A stretch of 64,000 nucleotides of DNA, taken from positions 250,108,001 through 250,172,000 of the forward strand of contig NW_027362772.1 in the NCBI RefSeq assembly GCF_046119375.1, written 5' to 3'. How positions within the stretch are numbered: the first letter of the stretch is position 1; every line of letters starts with the position of its first letter. The translations under genes were made by a program, and so were the position numbers. This DNA is from Phyllobates terribilis. Its lineage: Eukaryota. Below, piece by piece: positions 34,731-48,078 of this stretch. The notes under the pieces are model-generated. The model was not told where the DNA came from. It made no database searches and saw only the letters and a program-made list of their open reading frames with translations.

Positions 34731-37561
34731 TAAGGTGTTATGAAGAGTTTTGGAAACGTTTTCATGCAGCCTTTTGATTAAACAGTGCGTAGTTTGGAGT
34801 GGATTCCATCAGGAGATACTTCAAAGTAGTGACATCAGCTTTAATTTTTTCCAACAATAGTTTTTCAAAATCGGAAATGGAAAAAAAAAGCTCTATGTAT
34901 GAACAGACAAGAGGATTAATATTAAACTCTATGGGAAGAATCTTTCAAACAACTTTTCAGGTGATTTTGTGTGGCGTCTTGTGGAACCGATCCGCCCAAA
35001 AAACTCTATCTAGCCAAAAAATAAATCAAAAAGTCATATATACCCCAAAATGCTACCAATGAAAATACCAACTCATTCCGCAAACAGCAAACTCTTCACA
35101 GCTCAACGGGAAAATCAAAAAAATGATATCTCAGAATTTGAGGAAACAAAACTAAATATCTTTTATGCTGTAAATCTATTTTTTTCTGTACCCGTCCAAA
35201 AAAACTAATAAAGATTTTTCAGTATACATACCCCAACATGGTGCCCTGAAAAACATCCTGTCCCAGGATAAAAACCATGTGCCTACATCAAGAGAAAAAT
35301 AAAATAAAGCTATGGCTCTCAGAAAGGTTTTGTGAACGTTGTTGACTAATGATGTGGAATTACAACGGTAAATCTTGTCATATTGGATGGGACTCTACAG
35401 ACCTTCAGGTTCCTATCCTATAATGACCATATTGGGTGCTGTAAGATATGATCTTCTGGAGGAAACCTGTTTTGTGGAGCTGTAAATCATCTGTCGTAAC
35501 AAAATTTACTAAATCATTACGAGGAACATTTCCAATAAAACTGAAGATTCACAATAACTTGTAGGTAAAATAAACTGTCGGAAACCCAACGTATGGACGT
35601 CCAATCTAAGTGTTGGAGAGCTTCAGGTCTTAGCTTTGGATAATGAAGGTTCTTAAATGAAGCCTCCATAACACGTGGAACTACTGTAATAAAAGTACTT
35701 GTCACCCTATTCAGAATCCCAGGAAAGGTCACCGATTTAGCTGACTCCTGAAAGAGTAGACAAATCTCCCGGATCCCACCGAATCATACAGAAAACAGTT
35801 CTACCGTATGGTTTCTTCCATGAATGGAATGAGATGATAGTTGCTGCTCATAAAATTTTATGAAGAAGGGAGGGAAGAGGAGAAACAGACATTATACTGC
35901 AGGTTCCATGGAATATTACGACCCACAACTGTCATCTCCTATCTCAACAATGGAAAAATCTATATTCAGAAAAGACAGATTTTCCCATTACTGAAATAGG
36001 AGATGGCAGACAGTGCTTAAAAGATTTTATGGAGGAGCTAAAGGTAGACACAAACATTCTGCTGCAAGTTCTCCTAAAACCACAGCTACAGTTCTCCATT
36101 GAACTTTATGAGCGCCAACTGTCATCTCCTATCTCAGTAATGGGAAAATTTGTATTTACGGGAGACACATTTTACCTATGAATTGAGTATTTTGAGAATG
36201 AATGATCAATCCAGGAAGAGTAAGAAGCAGATTTCTCTGATAGGATGTGTTACAAAGTTTCTTATTCTTACATGTACTATTGATTTATGAAAACAAATAA
36301 AACAATGGCTACCCTTCAAGCATCGGTTTTAGAGGGTGTGTCTGGTTTAGAAACCTCATTCTGAAAAGTCCTATAAAAAGTTTGATTTCTGAGTGGTTCC
36401 CTATTCAGGACACTTATATATTAGCTAGAGTGGACAATAACTAGAAAAAGTACCTTTTCTGTGCCCATGTTTGACACACAGCTCATTTGTGGCACCCCAG
36501 GGGTCTGGTTTCCACAGTAACAGCAATGTTATGTCTGAGAGCAGGTGGGAGGTCTCTTGGTCAGGAATCCTATGCATGCCACACCTCCTGCCCAGTCCTG
36601 GGAGGGGAAGAACTTCCCCTATATAAACCTGGGGCTGAGGCAGGGTTAGGAAGTTCAGAGGGAGAGTTCAGCCAGGAGGGCTGACAGGGAGCTGTGGCTC
36701 CGGCTGGGCCCAGCTCCTGGGCCATGCCAGAAGTAGAGACAGAGAAGAGAAGCAGCTATGGGAAGAAGCAACAGGAGCTCTGTGGGAGCAGTGTTACAAG
36801 GAGTCAGGGGCTGGCAGCTGCAGAGCTCGCCCTGACTGAGAAGATTTCTTACCGGACCCGGAGTCCGAGGCTGTGGGGACTAACTCCTACCCAGCAGCAG
36901 AATCCGTCAGGCAGGGGATTTCAGGTCCTCTGGCCAAGAAACCCGAAGGCACGGTCACACGCATGGGACCAGCACCGCCGTCGTGGAGCGGAAGCTACTA
37001 GAAGGCCCCGAGTCACCGGCCATACGGGTGAGCACCACACGGTACACTCAGGGACGTGGGCTACTTTTACCCGCCTCTAGCAAGGTAGCCAGAAGAGTAC
37101 AGTTAGCTGGGAAGGCCTACAACTCCACCTGGCCAGGGGAGATCCCATCTGCTCAAGGACTGACCAGGCCCCGATCGCTAGCAAGTACTCCGGGAGGGTC
37201 TATCTTTGTCACCAGTAAAGACCCTGAACTACACGCATCGTCTCTGAGTGGTTCCTGCTACCCCCATCATCCACGTCGGCTGCCCTGAGGCCATACCCCT
37301 CCCGTTGGGGGTTATACCATCCCCGCTGCACCATCTTTCCACCGGCCTCAGCGGTCTGCCCTGCAGCGGCAGCTCCAAAGCTGCATTCAACGGGTGGCGT
37401 AGTCATCCAACATCTACTGCTAGTAGACTCGCCACTTAGTTTGACTCCCTGGGCACGGACCGGGTCACCGCCACGAGACTACTACCCCCATCTGATCCGG
37501 CTCCGGGTAAGCCCCCGTGCACGCGATGCCGCACGACACAGACCCAGGGGTGCGTCAACTT

Positions 37562-37580
37562 TTGGCGTAGTCGGCAGGAT
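37562..37580 (+). promoter_or_regulatory. tRNA-Ser primer-binding site
   Basis: TGGCGTAGTCGGCAGGATT, 4 nt after the LTR; identical to the PBS of the 28899-33780 element. Confidence 0.88.
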
Positions 37581-38017
37581 TTCGTGCCCGCAACCACCGG
37601 GTACTGCGTGCCTGAAAAAGACTGTTCAAACTTACCAGTGGTGAAGATTCCCGCCATTCGTGAAGATTCCCGCCATCCGGCGCCATCTTTTGCCTCCTTC
37701 CCGCCATCGGTGGAGTTTTCCCGCCATCCGGCGCCATCTTCTGCCTTCTTCCCGCCATCCGTGGAGTTTTCCCGCCGTTGGACGCCATCTTGAAGACGCC
37801 GCGCGGGAAGAAGAGGGGCGTGGACTCCGAAGGCGCGCGAGAACTGAAGCCCCGCCTCACGTCCGGACGTTGCGTAAGGTCCTGGAAGGAGCCCAGCAGA
37901 CGCCGACGTCACAGGAGCGCGACGGAAGGTCCTCAACCCTGACGATCCACTGCGGAGCCGCGGCCTACGGAAGAGGATCATCGCAAGGTAGGCCACAGTC
38001 CACTAGGGGGGAGGAAG

Positions 38018-38419
38018 ATGTCGGATACGGAGGAGAGCTTCACTGCCTCAACCCCCGCCAGCGCCAGCGCTGCTGCAGTCATGCCTTTTACCATGCCCTA
38101 TATCCCGGGAGCAGCCTGGCTACCCCAATACTCAGGGGAGTCACATACCCTGAATGACTTTAGTGAAAAGCTGGATAGCCTCTTCCAGGTGTACCCCCTC
38201 ATAGAAGAGCAAAAAGTGAGCATCCTGGTGGCCCAATTAACCGGGGCAGCCCAAAGGGAGGTAAAGTCCTGGCCACCTGGGAGGAGGACTGTCGCAGAGA
38301 TACTAACCCAGCTAACCGAGGAGGAGCTGCAGTACTACCAATACGAGGAAAGCCAAGAGGACCCGGACGGGTCTGAGGACTACCCTCAGGAGGGAGCACA
38401 AAGAGGACATAGCTACTGA
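38018..38419 (+). CDS. Truncated Gag N-terminus (PNMA-like) fused in frame to the acidic tail of the CSD protein
   Basis: WLPQYSGE...FSEKLDSLF...QKVSILVAQLTGAAQREV resembles the start of a Gypsy capsid. It ends LTEEELQYYQYEESQEDPDGSEDYPQEGAQRGHSY*, versus LTEEELRYEGDQEDPDGSENYLQEGAGGHRYH* in the CSD ORF. Confidence 0.7.
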   Translation: MSDTEESFTASTPASASAAAVMPFTMPYIPGAAWLPQYSGESHTLNDFSEKLDSLFQVYPLIEEQKVSILVAQLTGAAQREVKSWPPGRRTVAEILTQLTEEELQYYQYEESQEDPDGSEDYPQEGAQRGHSY

Positions 38420-40022
38420 AGGGAAGTAGCGTGAATAAAGAGCTGTAAATAGTTACCCGTAAGGGTACAAGGACTGCTGCTAATTAAAATATGGTCCCCG
38501 TTGGGATTAGTGAATTGTTCCCCATGTGCCCCTATCTTAAACCAGGCTGAGGACTGTGAGCAGCCATTCCTTATCCCCACTGGCCGAGGTCTGAGAGCGG
38601 CCATATCCTGTAAATAATTATGTGTTTCTAGTAATTTATGGGAGTCTTTGGTGGATTTACCGGAAATCCTTTGTACATGGTTGGAGCGTAACCCAGGAAT
38701 GGACTAAAGACTGTTAAGGACTCGGGGCAGGACAGACCCCTACCTGGTTACCTCTCCCTGTTTTGGTGAAATGGACACCTTGCTTTTCTTCAAAACTGCA
38801 CCCGGTTGCGGACACGCCGTAACCATCTTTATGTGTTTTTCTTATTGTATTATTATTGTTTATACCTTGTTATGTTTTTCTAAAAATATGTTTAGTCCCG
38901 GAGTACTAAATTTCACTAGGGGGGAATGTGGCACCCCAGGGGTCTGGTTTCCACAGTAACAGCAATGTTATGTCTGAGAGCAGGTGGGAGGTCTCTTGGT
39001 CAGGAATCCTATGCATGCCACACCTCCTGCCCAGTCCTGGGAGGGGAAGAACTTCCCCTATATAAACCTGGGGCTGAGGCAGGGTTAGGAAGTTCAGAGG
39101 GAGAGTTCAGCCAGGAGGGCTGACAGGGAGCTGTGGCTCCGGCTGGGCCCAGCTCCTGGGCCATGCCAGAAGTAGAGACAGAGAAGAGAAGCAGCTATGG
39201 GAAGAAACAACAGGAGCTCTGTGGGAGCAGTGTTACAAGGAGTCAGGGGCTGGCAGCTGCAGAGCTCGCCCTGACTGAGAAGATTTCTTACCGGACCCGG
39301 AGTCCGAGGCTGTGGGGACTAACTCCTACCCAGCAGCAGAATCCGTCAGGCAGGGGATTTCAGGTCCTCTGGCCAAGAAACCCGAAGGCACGGTCACACG
39401 CATGGGACCAGCACCGCCGTCGTGGAGCGGAAGCTACTAGAAGGCCCCGAGTCACCGGCCATACGGGTGAGCACCACACGGTACACTCAGGGACGTGGGC
39501 TACTTTTACCCGCCTCTAGCAAGGTAGCCAGAAGAGTACAGTTAGCTGGGAAGGCCTACAACTCCGCCTGGCCAGGGGAGATCCCATCTGCTCAAGGACT
39601 GACCAGGCCCCGATCGCTAGCAAGTACTCCGGGAGGGTCTATCTTTGTCACCAGTAAAGACCCTGAACTACACGCATCGTCTCTGAGTGGTTCCTGCTAC
39701 CCCCATCATCCACGTCGGCTGCCCTGAGGCCATACCCCTCCCGTTGGGGGTTATACCATCCCCGCTGCACCATCCTTCCACCGGCCTCAGCGGTCTGCCC
39801 TGCAGCGGCAGCTCCAAAGCTGCATTCAATGGGTGGCGTAGTCATCCAACATCTACTGCTAGTAGACTCGCCACTTAGTTTGACTCCCTGGGCACGGACC
39901 GGGTCACCGCCACGAGACTACTACCCCCATCTGATCCGGCTCCGGGTAAGCCCCCGTGCACGCGATGCCGCACGACACAGACCCAGGGGTGCGTCACATT
40001 CATTTCCATAGGCACTGCTTTT

Positions 40023-40294
40023 AGGGTACGTGCGCACGTTTAGTAATTGCAGCAGATTTTCTGGGGGGGGGGATTTTGGCAGGAAAAATGCTGCATTTTG
40101 CTTACGTTTTTGATATATTTTTACTTGCACTTTTTTTCCCCCATTCATTTAAATGGGTGAAAAATGCTGCAAAAATACTGACATGATGCAGCTTCAAATC
40201 TGCAAGGAAATAATAAACAGCAAGTTTTGTAAAATGCTGCATCTGTTTCCATGGCAAAAATGCCGCAACAAAATACAACATGTGAACAAGCCCT
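40023..40294. mobile_element. Small MITE (PIF/Harbinger-like termini)
   Basis: TTAGGGTACGTGCGCACG ... CATGTGAACAAGCCCTTA imperfect inverted ends. Confidence 0.45.
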
Positions 40295-41172
40295 TATATA
40301 GTTTTTCTTGTAGTGGCCCTGAAGAGGAATTGAACATTTGTTACCAAGTTCTTGCATAGATTACATCTGATCGCTGCAGGACCAAGTAGCAGCAAACCCT
40401 TCTAACAAAAACAGGTTTGCACGATGTGGTCAACCACTTTGAGCCATGCCCCTCATTATATTTGCTGACTCTCCACCTTACTTTCATGCAGGCTATGTAT
40501 ATTTTACTGTGACATTCCAAAAAAAGAGAAAAATTCCAAATCACATTCTCGACATGCCTTGTCAAGACGAGGAGCATTGTTGAGGTTACTGTCACTCTTA
40601 ATTATTTTCAGGTAGAGCAATCACTCCAGATAATTGCCTAATTGTGCAATATGTTTTCACTCTTGTTTCACTGCAAATTAGTTGCAGGGCATATCAATGT
40701 GCAATTTATCATCTAAATAACCAGCACTCATCACACTCCAAGTGAGTTGCTTTAAATATATTGTTATCTTTGTTGTGTAAATGAGTGACAGCCCGGGCAG
40801 TGGAGTGTATATATTATGTAGCTATCATTACAAGATTGCATGATGTTTTCCAAGTCAAGTCTTATACTTTACCTAAAGGGCAAAAAAACATTCAAAAATG
40901 AAGTTGCTGTTTCCAACTTTTGGTTCCGCACCAAGTCCTACAATACAGCAAACACAAGCTCCTTATGGGCTGTTATTGGACTTTTTTAAAATAGGAGACC
41001 CATATCCTTACTTCTGATGAACACAACCCCAGGCCACAAGTGCAAAAGCACAGAAATGTTAGAACACAGAGTGAACAGTCCTGACATTTGAGGCTCATAT
41101 GGAACTTATATTCTTGGGATAGGAAAGGGATGAGCAAGTTCCAGATTGTTTTTCCCAACATCAGGTTGGCAT

Positions 41173-41344
41173 TAGTGATGCGCAAATGTGTTATCCGAGC
41201 ACACTTGGGTGCTGAGTGTCTTCGGCGTGCTCGAAAACTATGTTCGAGTCGCATCGGCTGCATGTCTCTCGACTGTTACACAGCTGCAACACATGCAGGG
41301 ATTTCCTAACAAACAGGCAATCCCTGCACGTTCGCGCATCACTA
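41173..41344. mobile_element. Internally deleted MITE related to 12587-12895
   Basis: 11-bp TIR TAGTGATGCGC / GCGCATCACTA; interior (CCGAGCAC...ACACATGCAGGGATT...AATCCCTGCA) matches the 12.6-kb MITE. Confidence 0.7.
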
Positions 41345-41410
41345 GTGGACACTTTTTATTTTCGGTATATATCCACAAGGGGCAATGAGAAGATATACAA
41401 GGTCCACTTG

Positions 41411-41872
41411 TTAAAGGGGTTGTCCACAACTTCCTGATCTAAATGTTCGGCCCCGATAATATAAAAAAGCCTATACTCACCTCCCATGCCGGCGCCGTTC
41501 CAGCGGTGTCGGCACTCGCGGTCCTGGGGCTCTCGTGCAGTTGCCGTGATATGTGAGCCAGGTGCCAGATCAGCACTGACATCACTGTCCGCGCCTTCTA
41601 TCGAATTGAAAATGGAGAGGAAGTCCGGGCTGCAGCTGATCTCTGACTTCCTCTTCATGTTCAATTTGTCCAAAGGCGGAGACAGTGACCCCAGCGCTGA
41701 TTGGTTGCAGGGCTCAAGTGTCACAAGAACCACACGACAACCCCAGGACCGCGAGTGAAGACACCTCTGGAACACAGCACCATCACGGGAGGTGAGTAAA
41801 AGCTTTTTCATTTTATCGGGGTCAAACATGGGGTATGAGAAGGAGTTGTCCAAGTAATGGATAGCTTCTTTA
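41411..41872. mobile_element. TTAA-type (T2/Kolobok-like) MITE
   Basis: TTAAAGGGGTTGTCCA left end; inner inverted TACTCACCTCCC / GGGAGGTGAGTA; palindromic core. Confidence 0.7.
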
Positions 41873-43699
41873 AGGCTCACTAGGTGAGGTGGATCTCCTA
41901 AGCCTTAGGTCCGGATGGGCACATGGACCCCGAGTGTCGATTTAGTAATCAGGAAGGCACGTGAGCAGCAAGGACTGTAAAGTCTCACCTGGAATCTCAG
42001 GATCAGCAGGACAGATGAAGTGGAATCAAGCAGTGATGAAAGCATGCACAAACAGCACAGATGGTGGAGAACACCTAACATAGGACTAGGAGTCTTAATC
42101 CCAAGACACAGGTGTGTGTCAATGGGCCTTAAATAGGTCTAGTGAGATGATGTCATTGATCCACACCGAGAATCTTACAAAACCCAACGTGGAGCACAGC
42201 AGAGGGCAGCAGACCCAGGGGAAGGAAGGGGAGATGGGAAAACCGGTGTGTAAGACCACTATTCCAAATCAAATTTTCCAAAGAGTACTAACCTAAAAGG
42301 TTACATTGAACCTATCTTCTCTGACACAGGTCCTCATCCTCATGACCCAGCGGGTGGTAACACCAAGAGGATACATTTAAATTTTGATCTATGTATACCT
42401 ATTGTAGTCTAGTTTTAGGGAGTGGCTAACCAACAGACTTTACCAGAATAAGTTACAGAGATGTTATCTCGCCATCTGTGACAAAGTATTAAAAAGGTAG
42501 AAAAAAAAGTGCTGAATATTTTATCTTTTGACTTTGGATTTATTGGTATTTTAGCTTGTGATTGCAGCATTTTTTCTTACAGCCTGTCTTAGAGCACATT
42601 CAGATGTCCGAGCACGAACTGCCAAAGCACGGACTGGCCATGGCTCTCCCGACCCGAGCGTGATAGCTTCACATATTTCTATGAGACCCACAGCCAGTCC
42701 GTGCATTATGGTCTGATCTCAAATCGATTTGCAGAGACATCTGAATGAACCCAAACTCTGATCTCACTACTGAAGGCTAAAGTGGTTCTCTACCTGCAAC
42801 GCCCAAGTCCCATCCATTGTTTTCAAATAAGGAACGCATAGGTTCCACCAGGCAGATGCAGTATATCTAGGGAAGTCTGTGAATGATGCCTTAAAGAGGT
42901 TCTCCCATTTTGACAACCCTTTTTAATTTCCGAACAGGTTTGTCTTGAATGTATAGCCCCTTCTTTGATGGACTCCACATAACCATGAATTGCTTGATAG
43001 CCAGTGGCTTCAGGAGCTGAAGTGGCTTTTAAAGGAGGACTTTTTCCAGATGCGACCCATTTTAACCTTTCCACCATTGCTCTATAGATCACCATAGAAT
43101 ATTATTGACCTATTTTTTTTGTTCCAGTTTTCGATTTCTGTTTGTTGGAGGCATCAAAACTCTGATATCTAAGTGGACAACATAAAAATGTTTATCCCTT
43201 TACTATCTGCTGAGACCAGAGACATTCCCTGCCTCATATCTCAAAGATGTCACCATAATGTTCCTATCACAAATTTATTTTCCAACTTTTTGCATGCCCC
43301 CTTCATAATCGAAGACATGGCTTGTGACTTGTAGATGTATTCCTTCAGGTGAGGCTTGCGCTGGCATGACCGGCAGCTGTAGAGGCTCTGTCATCCTGGA
43401 ACCTGTTGTAACGATGTTAACTTTTGCAGGAAATAAACCACTTATATCAATTAACACATGCCTGCGGTGCTGGAAACCGTTCCAAATTTTATATAGACTC
43501 TGCGCTACTCTGTAAATCTGCTTGTGTATATATGTATGTATATAATTGCTATAGGTTTCACTTATGTTACAGGTACACTGCCAGAATTTAGCATTTAGTT
43601 GCTTTGAGCAGTATTACATACACAAATATGGGCTAGATTGTTTCTATAAAAATGTAATAACCAATATGTTTGACATATTTTTATTTTTCCATTGGATAG

Positions 43700-44810
43700 T
43701 GTGACGCAGTGATGGGTATGGTGCTGGATGGGAGATATATTCCTTCCAGCAAGGGACTTTCGCACTGATAAACAGCAGGGATCGAGGTCAAGACCAGGCC
43801 CTACTCTCTCACGATGAGGCAGGTGAGAGGTTTTCTGGAGTTAGTTGGGTATTACAGGAGATTTATTCCCAATTTTGCCACACTGTCATCTCCATTGACG
43901 AACTGCTTGAAAGGGAGGAAGTCCGTAATGGTCCGCTGGGATGCTCGGACCAAGGAGGCTTTCATGACATTGGAAATGGTTTTGTGTGGGATAACTTTCC
44001 TGATCACGTCCGATTTCAAAAGAAAGTTTACAGTACAGACAGATGCCTCAGACGTAGGTCTAGGTCCCAGGAAAGGAATGGGGAAGAGCACCCCGTGGGT
44101 TACCTGAGCCGAAAGCCACCCCAGCAGAAACCAGGTACAGTATAGTGGAGAGGTAGTGCCTCGCAATTAAGTGGACACTCGAGTCTCTCCGCTATTATTC
44201 GCTGGGAGGACAATCCGCCTGGTCACCGATCATTCCTCTCTTAGTTGGATGAGTCAAGTCAAGGAGGGGAATGTTCGGGTTACCTGGTGGTTCCTGTCCC
44301 TAAAAAATTTCAAGTTTACAGTGGAATACAGGTGCCCTATGCAGAGTCCAGTGTATGGCGTTTGTCAACTACTTCCGTGTTGAACAATGGGGGAGGTATG
44401 TGATGGAGTGAGGGGTATGGTGCTGGATGGGAGATATATTCCTTCCAGCCAGCAAGTGCCTTTCGCACTGGTAAACAGCAGGGAAGAAGGTCAAGACCTG
44501 GCCTGGACCTTCTCTGCTATTCCGGGTTTTGGGGGCTTGCACAGCATAAATAGACAGCCAGAACTCCTTAGTGTGTGTTGGTGGGTGGGAAAGAGATGAG
44601 GGAGGTTTTGTGGCAACATCAGACCTGAACGGGCTGGCACGTCCGGGCCCTAACCTATGTTGCGGAAACAAGCTGGACTTTTGCTTTGTCTGATGTATGA
44701 CTGTGTTTTTTTCTGCTGCCAGTGTGACTAAAACATCGAGCTTGAACTGAAAACTTGCGTGTGCATCTTTACTGCATCCCTGCCATTGCCTACCGGAGCG
44801 AATCCCCACA
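43700..44810 (+). mobile_element. Deleted Gypsy (Gmr1-like) remnant: partial 5' LTR, RT-connection/RNase H fragment, PPT, 3' LTR 44399-44810
   Basis: TSD ATAG on both sides. VRGFLELVGYYRRFIPNFA...VQTDASDVGLG. RNase H runs directly to the PPT/LTR with no integrase after it, which is the Gmr1 domain order. Confidence 0.8.
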
Positions 44811-45899
44811 ATAGATACAAAATCATTGCTTTCACTCTAGAGTTTAGCCTTTTTTCCTGCCTTGTTTAGTCTTTAACAACAACTTGGAGACAAGTCCTCT
44901 CTTTAGGTCTGAATGAAGTCTTCTTCCACTTTTAACTAATGGTTTACCCAACTCTTCCTCATCTAACGTCTTTAATAATCTCCTACTTGAACAGTAAATT
45001 CTCCTGAAATTCGTTAATGGAATTTAGATCAAGGCCAAACATTTGATTTCTCCTGCCAATTTTGGATGCTTTTTGGAGTATATTATACTACTGGAGGATC
45101 CATGTGTTGAGGTCTTTCTGATACTACATCTGTGCTTCATTCCAAAATGTCTCCATAATCTTCTGTTATCATCATGAGCACATAGAATTAAGATCAGTGG
45201 TTTTTAACCTGGAGCTCCCCAACTGTTTCAAAACTGCAACTCACGTCATGGAGCTCATTTCTATTCCGACTTTCATCTATCTCAAGATTTTCCTTAGTTC
45301 TTTCTTCACCATCTGAATGATCTTTCCCATCACTCTTCTTGCAGCAATGTCTAGGAATGTTGGTTGTAGTTTCATGAGCTTTGTCTTAATAATATGGCTT
45401 TTTCCCAAAGTTCCTTGGTCTCAAGGTGGAGGTAGAGTTGGACAGTCCCTTCAGATTACTAGAGAATTATCTGTAGGTCCAGGTTGTGGCTCAATAATGG
45501 GACCCAACGATGCAACAGGAGACAAACTAATTTAAAGCTCATTTGGACCCTTTCATATGATTTTAGAGTAATTCTTATGGGTTCATTTGTAGACAACTTA
45601 TCAGAATAACTTAACGAGATGATCTGTGTGTGCAATGAGAGCAGCATAATATAATGTGAGTATGCTCCTCTTCTGGATAGATTTATGATAGGTCCTCAGA
45701 ATTGTTTTCGCTGGTGAGCTAAAGATACGCATCTATAGGGATCTGTATTCAATTCTGAAGATATTCCCTCATCCCCAGTATGATTTGATATGTTATATGC
45801 TTACTTTACACACCAGTCACTTTAGTCACACACATTCCAGAGATAAGCACCATACACCATGAGAAAGTTTTAGACAGAGGAGAACATATGCTGCAAACT

Positions 45900-46672
45900 T
45901 TCAAAAATAGAAGCGTTAATAGTTTACTTTTGGCAGTTAACAAAATTCAAAGTCAATGAACAAAAAGAAATCTAAATTGAATCAATTTTTTGATGTAACC
46001 ACTCTTTGCCTTCAAAACACCATTAATTCTTCTCAGTACTTGGCACTTGCACGCAGTTTTTGATGAAACTCTACAGGGAGGTTGCTCCAAACATCTTGGA
46101 GAACTAACCACAGATCTTCTCTGGATGTCGCCGGTGCAAATCCTTCTGTCTCTTCATGTAATTCTAGACAGACTCCATGATGTTGAGATCAGCATTCTGT
46201 GGGGGCTATATTATCATTTCCGTGACTCCTTGTTCTTCTTTACTCTGAAACTAGTTCTTAATGACATTGGCTGGATGTTTGGGGTTGTTGTCCTGGTGCA
46301 GAATAAATTTGCAGCCAATTAGAAACCTCTCTGATGATATTGTGGAGCAACGAGAATCTGACATCGGCCAAGAATGGGACAACATTTCTTGCCCAAAACT
46401 CCAACAACTGGTCTCACTTCCCAGACTGTTTTAAAAGGAAGAATGGATGCTACACAATGGCCCTGTCCCAACTTTTTTTTAGATGTTTTGCTGCCACCAA
46501 TTTCTAAATGAGTTAATTTTTTCAAATGAAATGGAAAAATGTCCAACGTTCAACTTCTGATCTGCGTCCAATGTTCTACTGTAAATAAAATATGGCTGTA
46601 AGACAATTCCAAATCATTGCATTCTTGTTTTCTTTACATTTTACACAGCGGCCCAACTTTTTTGGAATTGGG
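45900..46672 (-). mobile_element. Degraded Tc1/mariner-like terminal fragments
   Basis: Tc1-type terminus ...ACACAGCGGCCCAACTTTTTTGGAATTGGG-TC-TA plus transposase-flanking-like sequence; no intact ORF. Confidence 0.5.
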
Positions 46673-46686
46673 TCTATATATATATA

Positions 46687-48078
46687 CACTGCTTAAAAAA
46701 TAAAGGGAACACTCAAATAACACATCCTAGATCTGAATGAATAAAATATTCTCATTGAATACTTTGTTCTGTACAAAGTTGAATGTGCTGACAACAAAAT
46801 CACACAAAAATCATCAATGGAAATCAAACTTATTAACCAATGGAGGCCTGGATTTGGAGTCACCCCCAAAATTCAAGTGGAAAAACACACTACAGGCTGA
46901 TCCAACTTTGATGTAATGTCCTTAAAACAAGTCAAAATGAGGCTCAGTATTGTGTGTGGCCTCCACGTGCCTGTATGCCCTCCCTACAATGCCTAGGCAT
47001 GCTCCTGATGAGGTTGCGGATGGTCTCCTGTGGGATCTCCTCCCAGACCTGGAGTAAAGCATCCGCCAACTCCTGGACAGTCTGTGGTGCAACGTGACGT
47101 TGGTGGATGGAGCGAGACATGATGTCCTAGATGTGCTCAATCGGATTCAGGTCTGGGGAACGGGCGGGTCAGTCCATAGCTTCAATGCCTTCATCTTGCA
47201 GGAACTGCTGACACACTCCAGCCACATGAGGTCTGGCATTGTCCTGCATTAGGAGGAACTCAGGGCCAACCGCCTCCAAGGAGTCTCCAGACTCTGTCAC
47301 GTCTGTCACATGTGCTCAGTGTGAACCTGCTTTCATCTGTGAAGAGCACAGGGCGCCAGTGGCGACTTTGCCAATCCTGGTGTCCTGTGGCAAATGCCAA
47401 GCGTCCTGCATGGTGTTGGGCTGTGAGCACAACCCCCATCTGTGGACGTCGGGCCCTCATACCACCCTCATGGAGTCGGTTTCTAACCGCTTGTGCAGAC
47501 ACATGCACATTTGTGGCCTGCTGGAGGTCATTTTGCAGGGCTCTGGTAGTGCTCCTCCTCTTCCTCCTTGCACAGAGGAGGAGGTAACAGTCCTGCTGCT
47601 GGGTTGTTGCCCTCCTATGGCTCCCTCCACATCTCCTGGTATCCGCTCCATGCTCTGGACACTGTGCTGACAGACAGCTACCCTTCTTGCTACAGCTCTC
47701 ATTGATGTGCCATCCTGGATGAACTGCACTACCTGAGCAACTTCTGTGGGTTGTACTGTAGACACCGCCTCATGCTACTGTACCTCTAGGGGTGAGAGCA
47801 ATGGCAAAATGAAAAAGTGATCAAAACAACAGCTAAAAAGAATGAGAACAGAGAAATGGTCTGTGGTCACCACCTGCAGAACCACTCCTTTATAGGGGGT
47901 ATCTTGCTAATTGCCTATCATTTCTACCAGTTGTCTGTTCCATTTGCACAACAGCAGGAGAAATTGATTCACAATCAGTGTTGCTTCATAATCGGACAAG
48001 TAGATTTCACAGAAGTGTTATTGACTTACAGAGTTACATTGTGTTGTTTAAGTGTTCCCTTTATTTTTTTGAGCAGTG
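46687..48078 (-). mobile_element. Tc1 (DD34E) transposon copy A, internally deleted
   Basis: TIR CACTGC(T/C)(T/C)AAAAAA(A)TAAAGGGAACACT at both ends with TA flanks; transposase fragments ([27 protein letters not shown]) on the minus strand. Confidence 0.92.

Larger units (their letters stand above)
36488..39996 (+). mobile_element. Minimal non-autonomous LTR element (3.5 kb) of the same group as the CSD element
   Basis: 1070-bp LTRs (36488-37557, 38927-39996; about four substitutions seen); TSD CATT at 36484-36487 and 39997-40000; tRNA-Ser PBS at 37562-37580; PPT ACTAGGGGGGAA at 38915-38926. Confidence 0.93.

Noticed and set aside
44830-45330. Possible degraded Penelope- or L1-like coding remnant (also 42790-43260 and 35400-35800)
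   Set aside because: Only vague motif resemblance, too decayed to assign without a search.
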